A stretch of 64,000 bases of DNA from an uncultured virus (IMG/VR IMGVR_UViG_3300046713_000279) (IMGVR_UViG_3300046713_000279); one strand, 5' to 3'. Shown: positions 28,757-38,799, numbered from the stretch's first letter. A program made the numbers and translations. Notes: generated from the sequence alone by a model not told the origin.

Positions 28757-29404
28757 CTAGTTGGCGTTGGCGAACACGCCCAGGTTGGCCGTTCCGATGG
28801 CGTCATCGATCGCTAGATCCGAGACATCGCCCGTGGCCGGCGGAGACTGCTGAGGGGCGCTCTGCGGCGGCAGCGGGCCGATCTTCATCGACCCCTGTCC
28901 CTGCGAACCGCTGTACCGGCCGGCATCGTAGCTGTCGTTGTACGTGAACTCGTTGGGGTCCTCGTTGGTCGGCTGTAGTTGGAGCTGGGCCAGTTGCCGG
29001 TCGGGCGCCGAAATCGCGCTCTGGGTCGCGCTGGCTGCAACCTCAGGCGTCGCGTCGGAGACGACCCACCCCAGGAGGTTCGGGGCGTAGATCTGGAGGA
29101 GCGACTGAGCGGCCGCGATCGCGGAGCCGACCACGATCGGCGTGTGCCACTTCTCCAGGAACTTCCACTTGTGCGCCAGGAACCATGCGGCCAGGAACGA
29201 GCCGACCGAGGCCACCGCGCCAGCGTGCTTGCCCCAGGATGGCGCCCGCTGCGCAACCTGAGTCATGGCTACCCGCGTCACGAACCGAGTGGCCGCGAAT
29301 CCTCCGAACCCGGGCACCACGAACTCCACCAGGTCCGTGAACAGCGGCGGGTTCGCCTTGAAGGCCTTCTTGACGTACCGGCGGTGCAGTCGGGATCTCG
29401 CCAT
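28757..29404 (-). CDS. Multi-TM membrane protein with basic N-terminus
   Basis: MARSRLHRRYVKKAFKANP followed by about three hydrophobic segments. Confidence 0.7.
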   Translation of the reverse strand: MARSRLHRRYVKKAFKANPPLFTDLVEFVVPGFGGFAATRFVTRVAMTQVAQRAPSWGKHAGAVASVGSFLAAWFLAHKWKFLEKWHTPIVVGSAIAAAQSLLQIYAPNLLGWVVSDATPEVAASATQSAISAPDRQLAQLQLQPTNEDPNEFTYNDSYDAGRYSGSQGQGSMKIGPLPPQSAPQQSPPATGDVSDLAIDDAIGTANLGVFANAN

Positions 29405-29483
29405 GTTGCTCCGTGGCGCGGGCCCGGAAAAGAACGCGCCTTCAGGCAACAGGGTACCCGCGTGCCGGTGGGACTACAAGGGG

Positions 29484-29750
29484 TCAGCCTTTCGCCATGC
29501 CACTGCGAGGCGACCACGTGCCCGGCGGCGGACGCTCGGGTGCGATGGCGGCCAGGATCGCGCGGTGAACCTTGCCCTGCATGGAGGCGAGGCTCTCGTG
29601 CATGTCCTGCTTGCTGTCGAAGATGCCCGCGATCTGATCGTCGGACGTGCTGGCCTTGAGCTCCTGCACGGCGTCGGACAGGAGTGCAATCTCGCGCCTC
29701 TCCAGCACGATGGTGATGGTGACTTCGATTTTCCTGGGATCTGTGCTCAT
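29484..29750 (-). CDS. Hypothetical protein
   Basis: AAGGAG RBS. Confidence 0.55.
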   Translation of the reverse strand: MSTDPRKIEVTITIVLERREIALLSDAVQELKASTSDDQIAGIFDSKQDMHESLASMQGKVHRAILAAIAPERPPPGTWSPRSGMAKG

Positions 29751-30361
29751 CGGATCTCCTTACTTCAGCCTGGGGCTTCGGTCGATCTGGCCGCGCTTCA
29801 GTGCTACCCAGGCGGCGCCCGCCTGCGCGCTGGCGCCCTCGGCGATGGCCAGGGTGTCCTCATCATTTGCTTGGTACGTGTTCAGGACCGCCATCTCGGG
29901 TACGGGCGGACCCTCGACGAGCCTTCGTATCACCCGGAGTCGTGCCCTTCGCTGACGGTCGGTCATCATCGCGCGCTCCTCTGGTTCGGTTGCCGCTACC
30001 CGGACGCACGATGCTTCCGGTGGTACGGATCTCCTCGATGTGCCGCAGTACCTCGGCGACCAGGTCCGGCGACCGCGGGGTCTTGGTGGCATCGGGCCCC
30101 AGGCAGCGCGCGCAGAGGTCGTACTCGCCACCCTGCATGTCCATCACCACGCGCACGGTGCCCAGGATGGTGCCCTGGCAGTTGCCGCAGTTGCTCATCG
30201 CGGTGGCCCGCACCAAAGAACCATCGGACCGAAGAGGACCTCGAGCGGAACGCCCATCCGTTTAAGGACCCTGAACCAGCGCTTGATCGCCTTCGTGGAG
30301 GACCCGGCCCCTCGGTTGGCATCGCGGCGGCGGTGCCGCCTATGGCTGCGCTGGCGCCTCA

Positions 30362-30721
30362 TCAGTTCGCCTGCCCCCGGAACCGCTCGACTGGAATCCG
30401 GCCGCCCCATTTCTTGGCCACCCTGCGGAAGCAGAGGTAGCAGATCGGTCGCGCGGTCCAGTCGGCGCCGTCATGGGGCCTGGTTGGTTCCACGCTACCA
30501 TCGGAGTTGATGGCCAGCCCTGTGACGTGCCGGCCCAGCGGGTCGCCGCCGATCGCGACCTCCGGCGGCGGCATCAACCTCTGGCCGCAGCGGCAGACCT
30601 GGGGTGCGAAACGCGGCTTCTTGTCCTCGCGGGTCTGATAGGTCTCCCCGCAGCCGTCGCACATGACGTGGCCCTGCCACTTCGTCTGGCCGTGGGTCCC
30701 GCAGGCCAGCAGGCGCACCAT
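30362..30721 (-). CDS. Zn-finger hypothetical protein
   Basis: CDGCG, CRCG and CYLC motifs. Confidence 0.5.
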   Translation of the reverse strand: MVRLLACGTHGQTKWQGHVMCDGCGETYQTREDKKPRFAPQVCRCGQRLMPPPEVAIGGDPLGRHVTGLAINSDGSVEPTRPHDGADWTARPICYLCFRRVAKKWGGRIPVERFRGQAN

Positions 30722-30722
30722 G

Positions 30723-31163
30723 TCACCACTCATCGGGGCACTTGCACACGATGGCGCCGGTGGTCGCGTCCCGATGACAGCCGTGCTTGCCGTAGTCGGG
30801 ATCGGCGTACTCCAGGATGATCTCGGCATCGGTATCCAGGTGCTGCTCCAGGGAGGCGCCGGAGCGGTCGATGGAGCCATCCGCCCTCTTGCTGCCCGCG
30901 AGGAACGTGCCGAGCAACCCGCATCCGAACACGCCGCGCTCCGTGAGGAGCAGGGTGCCCGAATGCGTCGGGTAGTCGGAGTCGGCACGATCGGGATCCC
31001 GCCACGCTCCATGGCGATGGCTGCTAATCTTGACCTTCCATGCCTTCCACGTCAGGTTCACCGGGTGCCACGTGAACGTGGCGTCGCCTCCGGTCCCCTT
31101 CTTGACCAGAGCCGCCGCTCCCCTGAGAAGCCCCTCGTCACCGTTCGCCTTGATCACCTTCAT
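30723..31163 (-). CDS. Hypothetical protein
   Basis: AAGGAG RBS. Confidence 0.55.
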   Translation of the reverse strand: MKVIKANGDEGLLRGAAALVKKGTGGDATFTWHPVNLTWKAWKVKISSHRHGAWRDPDRADSDYPTHSGTLLLTERGVFGCGLLGTFLAGSKRADGSIDRSGASLEQHLDTDAEIILEYADPDYGKHGCHRDATTGAIVCKCPDEW

Positions 31164-31176
31164 CGCGATCTCCTTG

Positions 31177-32109
31177 TCAGTGCATCCTATACGACACGTT
31201 GGTCACCCTGCCATCCCAGCAGGCCCTGCATCCTCTGCACATGTTCACGTCCGCGTCGATGGCGCGACACACGATGGCGCCCCTCCGCTTTACCGGCGGT
31301 GCCTCGTTCTTCCTGTGCGTGGTCGAGGTCGGCAGGTGGGCGATCTCGGGCGGGACCTTCGCCGCCTTGCCCACGTAGTGCGCCGACAGTCGCACCGCGA
31401 GGTTCTCCGGGATCTTCCCGCCAGAGCGCAGGTACTCCACGACGTCGTCGTACTCGCGGGTCGGGATCCAGTGACGAACATCCGGCGTGGCCTCGGCCAC
31501 CGCGCAGATCGCTGCCAGATGCCACGCCCCGTGCAGATCCCCGCTGTCATGCCAGCGGAAAGCCGGCTCGCCACCGAGGTCGACGTAGTCCCTGATGAGG
31601 CAGATCATCGCCTCCACCCAGTACGGGTGATGGATCCCGGCCTCACGCCGCTCGCGCGCCACGATGGCCGGTCGCCAGGTGCGGTAGAAGTTCTTCCGCG
31701 CATAGCAGCCGTGGCACGTCGACGTCGGATCGCCCGCTAGCTCCGAGCCGACGCGGCACCGGAAGGCGTCCAGCCCGTACGCCGCCCCGGGCATCTTGCT
31801 CGGCTGCCCCAGTGACCCGGCGATGCCCTCCGCGTCGCGCGGCGACATGCGGGACGCCAGGTGGAGTCGTAGGTCGAGCGGTCGGATCATCGGCCGCGTC
31901 TCGATCCGCACCGGCCGGTCCCCGGGGTATCGCCCTCCCCCGTTGATGGTCTCGCACGCTGGGACCATAGTGGTGCCGTCGCCCAGATCGACCGCCGCAG
32001 CGTGCCTGGAGCGCCGACGACCACACCAGATGCACCGGGGCTCGTCGAAGTCGGCGACGGCCGGTAGTGATGGCGCGTCCACGACCGGCAGATAGATGCG
32101 GCGCTTCAT
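31177..32109 (-). CDS. GP88-family phage protein
   Basis: SKMPG..C..GS....STCHGCYA; FRWHDSGD; HWIPTRE; PENLAVRLSA; CRGCRACW. Confidence 0.8.
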   Translation of the reverse strand: MKRRIYLPVVDAPSLPAVADFDEPRCIWCGRRRSRHAAAVDLGDGTTMVPACETINGGGRYPGDRPVRIETRPMIRPLDLRLHLASRMSPRDAEGIAGSLGQPSKMPGAAYGLDAFRCRVGSELAGDPTSTCHGCYARKNFYRTWRPAIVARERREAGIHHPYWVEAMICLIRDYVDLGGEPAFRWHDSGDLHGAWHLAAICAVAEATPDVRHWIPTREYDDVVEYLRSGGKIPENLAVRLSAHYVGKAAKVPPEIAHLPTSTTHRKNEAPPVKRRGAIVCRAIDADVNMCRGCRACWDGRVTNVSYRMH

Positions 32110-32275
32110 CAGTTGTCCACCGCCTACCGTACAACAACTTGGTCACCGAGGGGTGGCCTCCTTTCGCCCGGGTACAAAGGAAGACGGCGCCGTCCTACCT
32201 TGTGGCCGACCTGAGGCCTTTCGGCACCCCCGGGAATGGGGGACACTGCCCAGACCCCAACCAGAGGTCCGGCCG

Positions 32276-32857
32276 ATGTCGCGCGATAGGCTTGCCAGTA
32301 TGGTCTCGTTCACCGGCGTGCCGATCGGCGGCACGAGCACACTGGCGCACGGCCTGACCCTGAACGGCGTCTCGGTCGTCCCCGACCTGGTGTTCTTGCA
32401 GTATCCCACCAGCTTCGAGCTCGCGGCCTCGACAGTGCTTACCATCACATTGCGGAACACGGCCAACACCGTCGGCGACTGTCTCGCCTACGTGTCGGCC
32501 ATTCATCCGGCGATTCGCCTGCTGGGACTCCAACCCGATGACGGCCTGATGACTCAGGGCATGACGCCGCGCCCATTCTGCCCGGGGAGCCCGAACGCTG
32601 GCGGGGGCGGGGGCGGGACCGCTCAGGCCTTCGACTACACGGTCACCGGCGTGGAGCCGGACAGGTCGGCGATCACGATCACGATCCCCAGCGCCATGGC
32701 CGACGCGAACTACGAGGTGATAGCCACCATCCAGGGCGGACCGGCCCTGGCGGGGATCGGCGTCTCGGGCAAGACGGCCGCCGACTTCGTCCTCGATGCC
32801 ACTGGCAATCTCCCCGTCGGGGAGGTGATAGGCTTCATCGTTCTTCCCAAGACGTAG
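32276..32857 (+). CDS. Putative spike/fibre subunit (MATDKL family)
   Basis: Shared N-module ending PDDGLMTQGMTPRPFCPGSPN, then a Gly linker and small beta domain. Confidence 0.7.
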   Translation: MSRDRLASMVSFTGVPIGGTSTLAHGLTLNGVSVVPDLVFLQYPTSFELAASTVLTITLRNTANTVGDCLAYVSAIHPAIRLLGLQPDDGLMTQGMTPRPFCPGSPNAGGGGGGTAQAFDYTVTGVEPDRSAITITIPSAMADANYEVIATIQGGPALAGIGVSGKTAADFVLDATGNLPVGEVIGFIVLPKT

Positions 32858-32867
32858 GAGACCCTTC

Positions 32868-33512
32868 ATGGCCAAGCCCTTCCTCGCACAAGTCATCCAG
32901 GAGGTCACGATCCAGATCGTCACCGCCGATGGCGGCTCCGGCAAGATCGTGCTGGATCAAACGCTGGGACCCGGAAACGATACAGTGCAGGTCACCACTG
33001 ACCTGTTCTCCAAGGGTATCTTGCTGCAGAACGACGCGTTGGCGTTCATTCGGATGCGCGGCGGGAACGGCGAATGGAACCTCCTGAATGGAAACTTGGC
33101 GCTCAACACGAGCCAACTCCTGGCGTTCGGGTCGGGGAATCTCCGACAGAACATGGTCACCGTTAACAATTCGGTAGTACTCAATCCCGCCAACGCCAAC
33201 TACAACGAGTTCAACAATACCTCGGTGGGCGGCTTGAACGTGGTGTCCCGTGTCGACCTGTTCCCGGATGGCGCAGGGACGACAATCCAGTCCGTCATCC
33301 TTGATCCGGGCAACCCGAACCCAGATGGGCGACAGATCTGGTGGCAGAACATCGGCGCCACCAACCTGACCTTCGCAAACCTCTCAGGAGCAGGGACGGT
33401 GGGCGGGCTGATCCTGTGCCCCAACGGGTCCGACTTCGTGGTGAGACCCGGCGGCGGCGTCAGTATGATGTTCGATGAGCCGTCAAACCTGTGGTTCGTG
33501 CGGGCGGCGTGA
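32868..33512 (+). CDS. Asn/Gly-rich beta-strand protein, putative structural
   Basis: AGGAG RBS; composition. Confidence 0.6.
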   Translation: MAKPFLAQVIQEVTIQIVTADGGSGKIVLDQTLGPGNDTVQVTTDLFSKGILLQNDALAFIRMRGGNGEWNLLNGNLALNTSQLLAFGSGNLRQNMVTVNNSVVLNPANANYNEFNNTSVGGLNVVSRVDLFPDGAGTTIQSVILDPGNPNPDGRQIWWQNIGATNLTFANLSGAGTVGGLILCPNGSDFVVRPGGGVSMMFDEPSNLWFVRAA

Positions 33513-33517
33513 GATCT

Positions 33518-34813
33518 TCAGTCGGTCACGTACCAAGTGTTCACGCCGTCGCTGGTGACCGCGGTATGGAAGTTCGCCCCGGTGAGCACGAGCGTCGCCG
33601 CGCCATCGATGTTGTCGCCACCGCCAGCGGTCAGAGTGACAAGGAGGATGCTCGCGGTGGCGTTCTTGAGCCGGATGGTCTGCCCGGGGACGTCTGCGGC
33701 TGCCGGAAGGGTCACGGCGAACGCGCCACCCGTCGGGTCTACGAGAACCAGTTGGGTTGGCGCCGTGGTGGTCAGGGGCGTATTCGCGACCAGGACCGCG
33801 GTCGGAAAGTTGCGCGTCCGCGTCGCGTTGGTGACGTTGAACGTGCCCAGCACGCCGGGCTGCGCCTGGGAGAGCAGCGCCAGACCGCTGGCCGCTGCGA
33901 CGAGGTTGAGCGTTGAACCCACGATGGACGCCAGGGTCGAGCCATTGATCAACGACTCCGAGCCCTGCACGAAGATGCTCAGGGTCACGGCCGCCGCGAC
34001 GTTGACCACGGCATGCGTGATCAAGAAGAGTCCGGCGTTGTCGCCGATGAAGAACTGGGCATCGCCGGTGACGCTAAATAGCGCGCCTGTTCCGCTGGAG
34101 AACATCTCGGCGCCGTGGTCGATGACGACGGTATCGATCTGCGGCGGCGCCTCCCCGAAGTCCGCGATCGGCGGCGTGGCTCCGGTGAAGCGAAGATGGA
34201 GCCGCCCATCGAAGGTGCGGAGCCTGGTGAAGCTCGCGCCCTCCGGGATCTGGACCTGGACGATGCTGTCCGGGACGGTGCTCCACGTCACCCCCTCCAT
34301 CGCGTACGGCCCGCCCGCCGGGATGATGATGGGGCTCACCACGCTGTCATCGAACTGCAGGACGCGCTCACCCTGCAGGAGCGCGAGTCTGGCCAGCACA
34401 TCCGCCCAGGTCGTCACCACATTCTCTGCCGCGACGCCGCCCGGCCGGAACACCACCACGTACGAGCCGACGGGACCTCCTGCGCCGCCGCTGTTGGGAC
34501 TCCCCGGAACGAAGGGCCTGGGCGTCAGGCCCTGGGTCATCAGGCCATCGTCGGGGGAGAGCCCCAGGAGCCGCTCGACCGGGTGGATCGCGAAGACCCA
34601 CACCAGGCAGTTCCCGACCGCGTTGGCCGTGTTGCGGATCGTGATCGTTGTGGCCGTCTGGGCGACGAACTCGAAGTTGACGGGGAACTGCAGGAGCCAG
34701 AGGTCCGGCTGGACCGGGGTGTCCCGCAAGATCAGGCCGTGGGGAAGGGTAGCGGTCCCACCCAGGGGGACGGCCACGAAGGATAGGATGCTGTAGAGCT
34801 TGTCCGTCGCCAT
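33518..34813 (-). CDS. Putative spike/fibre (MATDKL family)
   Basis: Shared N-module; C-terminal VDPTGGAFAVTLPAA..GQTIRLKN..SDGVNTWYV fibre-like domain. Confidence 0.7.
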   Translation of the reverse strand: MATDKLYSILSFVAVPLGGTATLPHGLILRDTPVQPDLWLLQFPVNFEFVAQTATTITIRNTANAVGNCLVWVFAIHPVERLLGLSPDDGLMTQGLTPRPFVPGSPNSGGAGGPVGSYVVVFRPGGVAAENVVTTWADVLARLALLQGERVLQFDDSVVSPIIIPAGGPYAMEGVTWSTVPDSIVQVQIPEGASFTRLRTFDGRLHLRFTGATPPIADFGEAPPQIDTVVIDHGAEMFSSGTGALFSVTGDAQFFIGDNAGLFLITHAVVNVAAAVTLSIFVQGSESLINGSTLASIVGSTLNLVAAASGLALLSQAQPGVLGTFNVTNATRTRNFPTAVLVANTPLTTTAPTQLVLVDPTGGAFAVTLPAAADVPGQTIRLKNATASILLVTLTAGGGDNIDGAATLVLTGANFHTAVTSDGVNTWYVTD

Positions 34814-34865
34814 GGTGGAGCAAGCCTACCAGCGCCCATCCGGAACCGTGAGATATTTCTGCGGA

Positions 34866-35414
34866 TCAGCCCGCACCCTTCGGAGAATCGTCCTTGTCGA
34901 TGGTCTTCTTGAGCAACCACTGCGCTGCCGTGTGGAAGATGACGATGCCCTCCGGGCGCATGAAGCCGGGCGCTGCGATGCTCCCCTCCGACTTCAACTT
35001 GAGGAGCAGCAGGTTGACATCAAGCGCATCGAACGGCCCACGCCACAGCACCGGGACGACATCGCAACAAGCCGGCCGCGTCGTCACCTCCGCCCAGCGG
35101 TGCACATTGAACAGGGATAACCGCTTCTCCTTGAGATCGTAACGTCGGCCGATGCCAGCACCCCACCATTCTCCGAAGTGGCTACCGGGACCGAGCGCGA
35201 GCAGATCGTCACGGTGATCGGCGACCCAACGCGCGAAACCGAAGTTGTCATCCTCAGGGGTGATCCACCGCGATCGCGATCCAGCGAAGACCTCCGTCAT
35301 CGTGTCGTTGATGTAGATCTGGGCATTGGTACCGTCGATCTTCTCGGTGACAACGACTTCGCGCGAGTAGCGAGAGATCTTGGGGAACTCCACGAACGGG
35401 ATTTCAGGATGCAT
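34866..35414 (-). CDS. RNA ligase family (Rnl2-like adenylation domain)
   Basis: TEKIDGTNA (KxDG); GEWWG; LFNV; PEGIV. Confidence 0.85.
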   Translation of the reverse strand: MHPEIPFVEFPKISRYSREVVVTEKIDGTNAQIYINDTMTEVFAGSRSRWITPEDDNFGFARWVADHRDDLLALGPGSHFGEWWGAGIGRRYDLKEKRLSLFNVHRWAEVTTRPACCDVVPVLWRGPFDALDVNLLLLKLKSEGSIAAPGFMRPEGIVIFHTAAQWLLKKTIDKDDSPKGAG

Positions 35415-35809
35415 CACGGATTCTCCTTCCGGTTTCCACTGGAAACCTGCTCATCGTACCTCGTCTGGTGCTTTCCGATCATGATGTTCAGCCAGACCCT
35501 CATCCCGTTCTGGCTCCACCCCTTGAAGGCGCCCGAGAAGTCGGTTCGCTCCCGGTGGTGGTTCCGGCAGAGCGGGATGCAGGTGCGGTCGTCGGCCTTC
35601 TGTCCGATCCCGCGTCGACCGGCGTGGTCAGCCTCCACGTTGCCGTAACAGGGCGTCGTGGCGAACGACCGAGCGCAGCAGGCCTGCCATCGAACCCAGC
35701 CCATGTACGCCCCATCGCGCGGCCGGCGCCGATACTTGGTGTTGCTGCGCGACCGCATCCACGTCTTGCGACGCGGAGGGCCAGAACGTTTGAGCGAAGT
35801 GCGCTTCAT
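35414..35809 (-). CDS. DUF968/HNH-like protein
   Basis: YMGWVRWQACC..EADH..G.GQKADDRTCIPLCRNHH. Confidence 0.65.
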   Translation of the reverse strand: MKRTSLKRSGPPRRKTWMRSRSNTKYRRRPRDGAYMGWVRWQACCARSFATTPCYGNVEADHAGRRGIGQKADDRTCIPLCRNHHRERTDFSGAFKGWSQNGMRVWLNIMIGKHQTRYDEQVSSGNRKENP

Positions 35810-36597
35810 ATCCGCATCGGCATGACGAAGAACTTCACACCTACCGTGCTCTCGAACACCATCGCGCCCAAGTGGTCTTTGCTCCACGCTACGAGCTTGA
35901 CGCCTTCGCTCGCCCCGCCTCCAGATGTCGTCGCATGATGGACGTCGGCGATCGCCGCCAGGTAGGCTGGGTTCAGACCGTAGCCCACCGGGCTGTCGGA
36001 CTCCGCATGAGTGTGTTGCTCTACCACATACTCGTAGTTCGGGAAGCCCTTCGCGTACGCTGCTGGCGCGACTATGGAGACCCTGCGGGTCCCGTCGCTG
36101 GGTCCGATCCCCAGGCGCACCGTGCTCGGCCCGTCGGCAAGCGCGGGCGTCGATGGGGGCCCGGGCTCGATGGTGATCTCTTTGCGGCCGTGGCTGCGAT
36201 CGACCCTCATCGCTCGCTGCGCAGCCACGGCCGCAAAGAGATAGTCACGGTCGACACCGAGCGTCATGCCGAAGGTCTCGCACGGCACGATCACCATGTG
36301 CATCGCGTCCAGCGCGACCATGACGCCCTTGGCAAACAATACCTGGCGGATATGCGGACGGCTGTCGTCGGGACTGGTCCATTTGGCGACAGCCTCGAGC
36401 ACGTTGCTGGGGACGGAAATCACGGCATGCTTGGTCACGGACGTTGGCGGTGGATTCTCTTGCACGGTGTCATCTCCTTGTAGTTCTGCGCGCTCTGGAC
36501 ACGGACAACCAACGCAGATGAACGCGAGCTCGCGTCCAGCGTGCTGATGTCCGCACTTCGGGCACTTCGTAGCCTGCACGGTGAACGTCGAGATCAT
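35806..36597 (-). CDS. Sliding-clamp (beta-clamp)-like protein with N-terminal Zn ribbon
   Basis: DDSRPHI..V; VALD; FPNYEYVV; GLNPAYL; FVMPMRI. Confidence 0.6.
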   Translation of the reverse strand: MISTFTVQATKCPKCGHQHAGRELAFICVGCPCPERAELQGDDTVQENPPPTSVTKHAVISVPSNVLEAVAKWTSPDDSRPHIRQVLFAKGVMVALDAMHMVIVPCETFGMTLGVDRDYLFAAVAAQRAMRVDRSHGRKEITIEPGPPSTPALADGPSTVRLGIGPSDGTRRVSIVAPAAYAKGFPNYEYVVEQHTHAESDSPVGYGLNPAYLAAIADVHHATTSGGGASEGVKLVAWSKDHLGAMVFESTVGVKFFVMPMRI

Positions 36598-37637
36598 GGC
36601 GTCATCTCCTTGGTGCTGGGGAACGCTCGGTGCTGGACGCCATCGAGGTAGGGGAGGCCGATGATGCCACCGGCCTTGCGCTTCGACCCAGGGCCAGCGG
36701 TGATGATGTCGGTGAAGCGCGTGCGGTCGGTCGGGGACACGGCCTTGATGATCTCGGGCGGCGAGCTCGACGGCGCAACGCATCCCTTCTTGACCTCCCT
36801 GGCCTGCTTCAGGAAGAACGGCACCCCGGCCTCCTTGCACAGGTCGCGCAGGGACCTGTACCAGTCGGGCTCGGCAGAGCGCGCGCCAGGCCCGCTCTCG
36901 CAGCCCGTGACCAGCCAGAGTTCGCCGCGCTTGCAGGCGAAGTCGGCCAGCATGTGGGTCATGTCGATGCCGCTGAGCAGCGGCTCGGCGCTGAACCACC
37001 ACACGGCAGCGGGGCAACCAAACAGGTCGGGCCAGCGCTCGTCGAAGGCTGGTTGGTTCTCTGCGCTGATACCGAGATGAACGTTAGGAAGTGGCCATGC
37101 CGTGCCGAACCTCTCCGCTGTGGGGAGATCGCCGTCGAATGGGTCATCGGCATCGCCCCAGATATCACCTGCGCAGGCTTCCCATGCACAGGTGAGTAGC
37201 GCGCTTGGACCGAAGCGCATCAGGTCCTGACTGTTGCCGTGTTGCTCGGCCCACGCGAACCACTCCCTCATCCGCCTCGCCCGCTTGGTGAGGACCTGGA
37301 AGGTGTGCTGTGGGCATGCCGCCATCACCCCGAACACGGCCGCGATCTCCTCGTTGGTGAACTCCTCGTAGAAGAGGTCAGACATCGAGTTCACGAAGAT
37401 CCGACGTGGCTTCTTCCAGTGCAGCGGCTTGGCCAACTTTCCAGCGTCAAGTCTGCCGTTCCCCGTCCAGATGGCTCGCTTGTTCTTCCCGATGGTCACG
37501 AGGCCGTGGTAGCGCTCACCGGGCTTGGCGAACCTGCCAGCGAACCGCATGGCATAACAATTTGCACACCCGGGTGAGCACACCTTGCAGCCATCGGTAG
37601 GGTTCCACGTCTCATCCGTCCACTCGATGTCTGACAT
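36594..37637 (-). CDS. DUF5131 (phage Gp37/Gp68) protein
   Basis: IEWTDETWNP..GC..CSPGCANCYA; IFVNSMSDLF; FQVLTKR; SAEPLL; GCESG; FFLKQ. Confidence 0.9.
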   Translation of the reverse strand: MSDIEWTDETWNPTDGCKVCSPGCANCYAMRFAGRFAKPGERYHGLVTIGKNKRAIWTGNGRLDAGKLAKPLHWKKPRRIFVNSMSDLFYEEFTNEEIAAVFGVMAACPQHTFQVLTKRARRMREWFAWAEQHGNSQDLMRFGPSALLTCAWEACAGDIWGDADDPFDGDLPTAERFGTAWPLPNVHLGISAENQPAFDERWPDLFGCPAAVWWFSAEPLLSGIDMTHMLADFACKRGELWLVTGCESGPGARSAEPDWYRSLRDLCKEAGVPFFLKQAREVKKGCVAPSSSPPEIIKAVSPTDRTRFTDIITAGPGSKRKAGGIIGLPYLDGVQHRAFPSTKEMTP

Positions 37638-38488
37638 CACGCCTCCTTCCTGAAAGAGTACGCCCAGGGGTTCTGGTCCCAGGGCGAGGGACCCTTGGGG
37701 AAGCTGAACCAGTTCGGCCCACCATGCAGGCGGTTCCAGTAGTTACCGAAGGCCATGCGCGGCGTGTAGAGGCATCGATGCTCGGTCGTCGAAGGCCCGT
37801 AGTGCCAACCAGGGAAGCCAAGGCCGCCCGGCCCATGCTGCGTGAACGTCACCCCTTCGGCCTCCGCATCCTCATCGGTGATGTCCTGCAGGCGCATCAG
37901 GCGAGCCTGGATGGGGGTGAGGTTGGTGCGCGAGGCCCAGCGGGGCATGAAGATCGACGGCGTCCACTTCGTGACCCTGATCCGCATGACCTCGTCACCG
38001 TTGTTCACGTAGTCGAACGAACCATCCTCGTCGCACGTCGCGCGGTAGGCAACGCACTGCGGTGACATGCTGGTCCGATTGCCGACGGCGAACTGCGCGT
38101 GGGTCTCGCGCACCCACAGCCGTTGCTCGCCCACCGGGGTGACGGTCCAGATCTTCCTGTCCTTGCCGTGGTCAGCGAGGTGCGTGGTGCCGTCAACCAG
38201 CGGACACCGGAAGTGGAACTCGCCAGGCTTGAGCCCGAAGACGACGCCAACATCGAGGTGAGCGGACACCGCACCCTGGGAGTTCAACTTGGCGCGGTGC
38301 CGACCTTTCCTGGCGACCATCCGGTAGCTCGCCGGCATGATGTCCCACAGATCGGATCGCAACTCGGCGGGGACGTCCACGCTCAACCGCTCCAGATCAG
38401 CGATCCTCCGGGTCTGGGTCTTCGTGCCGGCCATCACCATGGGAATGGAGGGGCCGGAGAATATGATGGGGCGCTCCTTCACGGACAC
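37637..38488 (-). CDS. ASCH-like phage protein
   Basis: KERPIIFS...GTKTQTRR; LWVRET; WTPSIFMPRWASR; RLQDITDEDAEAEG. Confidence 0.8.
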   Translation of the reverse strand: MSVKERPIIFSGPSIPMVMAGTKTQTRRIADLERLSVDVPAELRSDLWDIMPASYRMVARKGRHRAKLNSQGAVSAHLDVGVVFGLKPGEFHFRCPLVDGTTHLADHGKDRKIWTVTPVGEQRLWVRETHAQFAVGNRTSMSPQCVAYRATCDEDGSFDYVNNGDEVMRIRVTKWTPSIFMPRWASRTNLTPIQARLMRLQDITDEDAEAEGVTFTQHGPGGLGFPGWHYGPSTTEHRCLYTPRMAFGNYWNRLHGGPNWFSFPKGPSPWDQNPWAYSFRKEA

Positions 38489-38799
38489 CTCGCGAACTCT
38501 TCTGCCACCACCGCCTGGAACGCCCAGCGATCGTCATCGGGGAGCACCCTGCGGATATTCTTGCTGTGCCAACCCCGCTTGCTGAACTCGCGTTGCAGGC
38601 GTCTTGCAATGCGCCGGGCGTCGGAGAGCGCTAGGTCCGCGCATAGGTCGTTCAGACTCAGCCCGGTAGGGACATGCGTGACCGTGAACCCATCGTACTT
38701 GTACCGATGATAGGCCCATGTGCCGAGCACCGTGGCTGATACGCGGACCCGGATCGGCTTCTCCCTCGGGCCAACGAGGATGGTGACTACGCCCTTCAC
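38479..38799 (-). CDS. Hypothetical protein
   Basis: FTVTHVPTGL motif; operon position. Confidence 0.5.
   Translation of the reverse strand: MKGVVTILVGPREKPIRVRVSATVLGTWAYHRYKYDGFTVTHVPTGLSLNDLCADLALSDARRIARRLQREFSKRGWHSKNIRRVLPDDDRWAFQAVVAEEFARCP

Noticed and set aside
26446..34813. Diversity-generating retroelement acting on the spike genes
   Set aside because: No reverse transcriptase was seen, and no TR/VR pair with adenine-specific differences. The similarity is N-terminal and largely synonymous.
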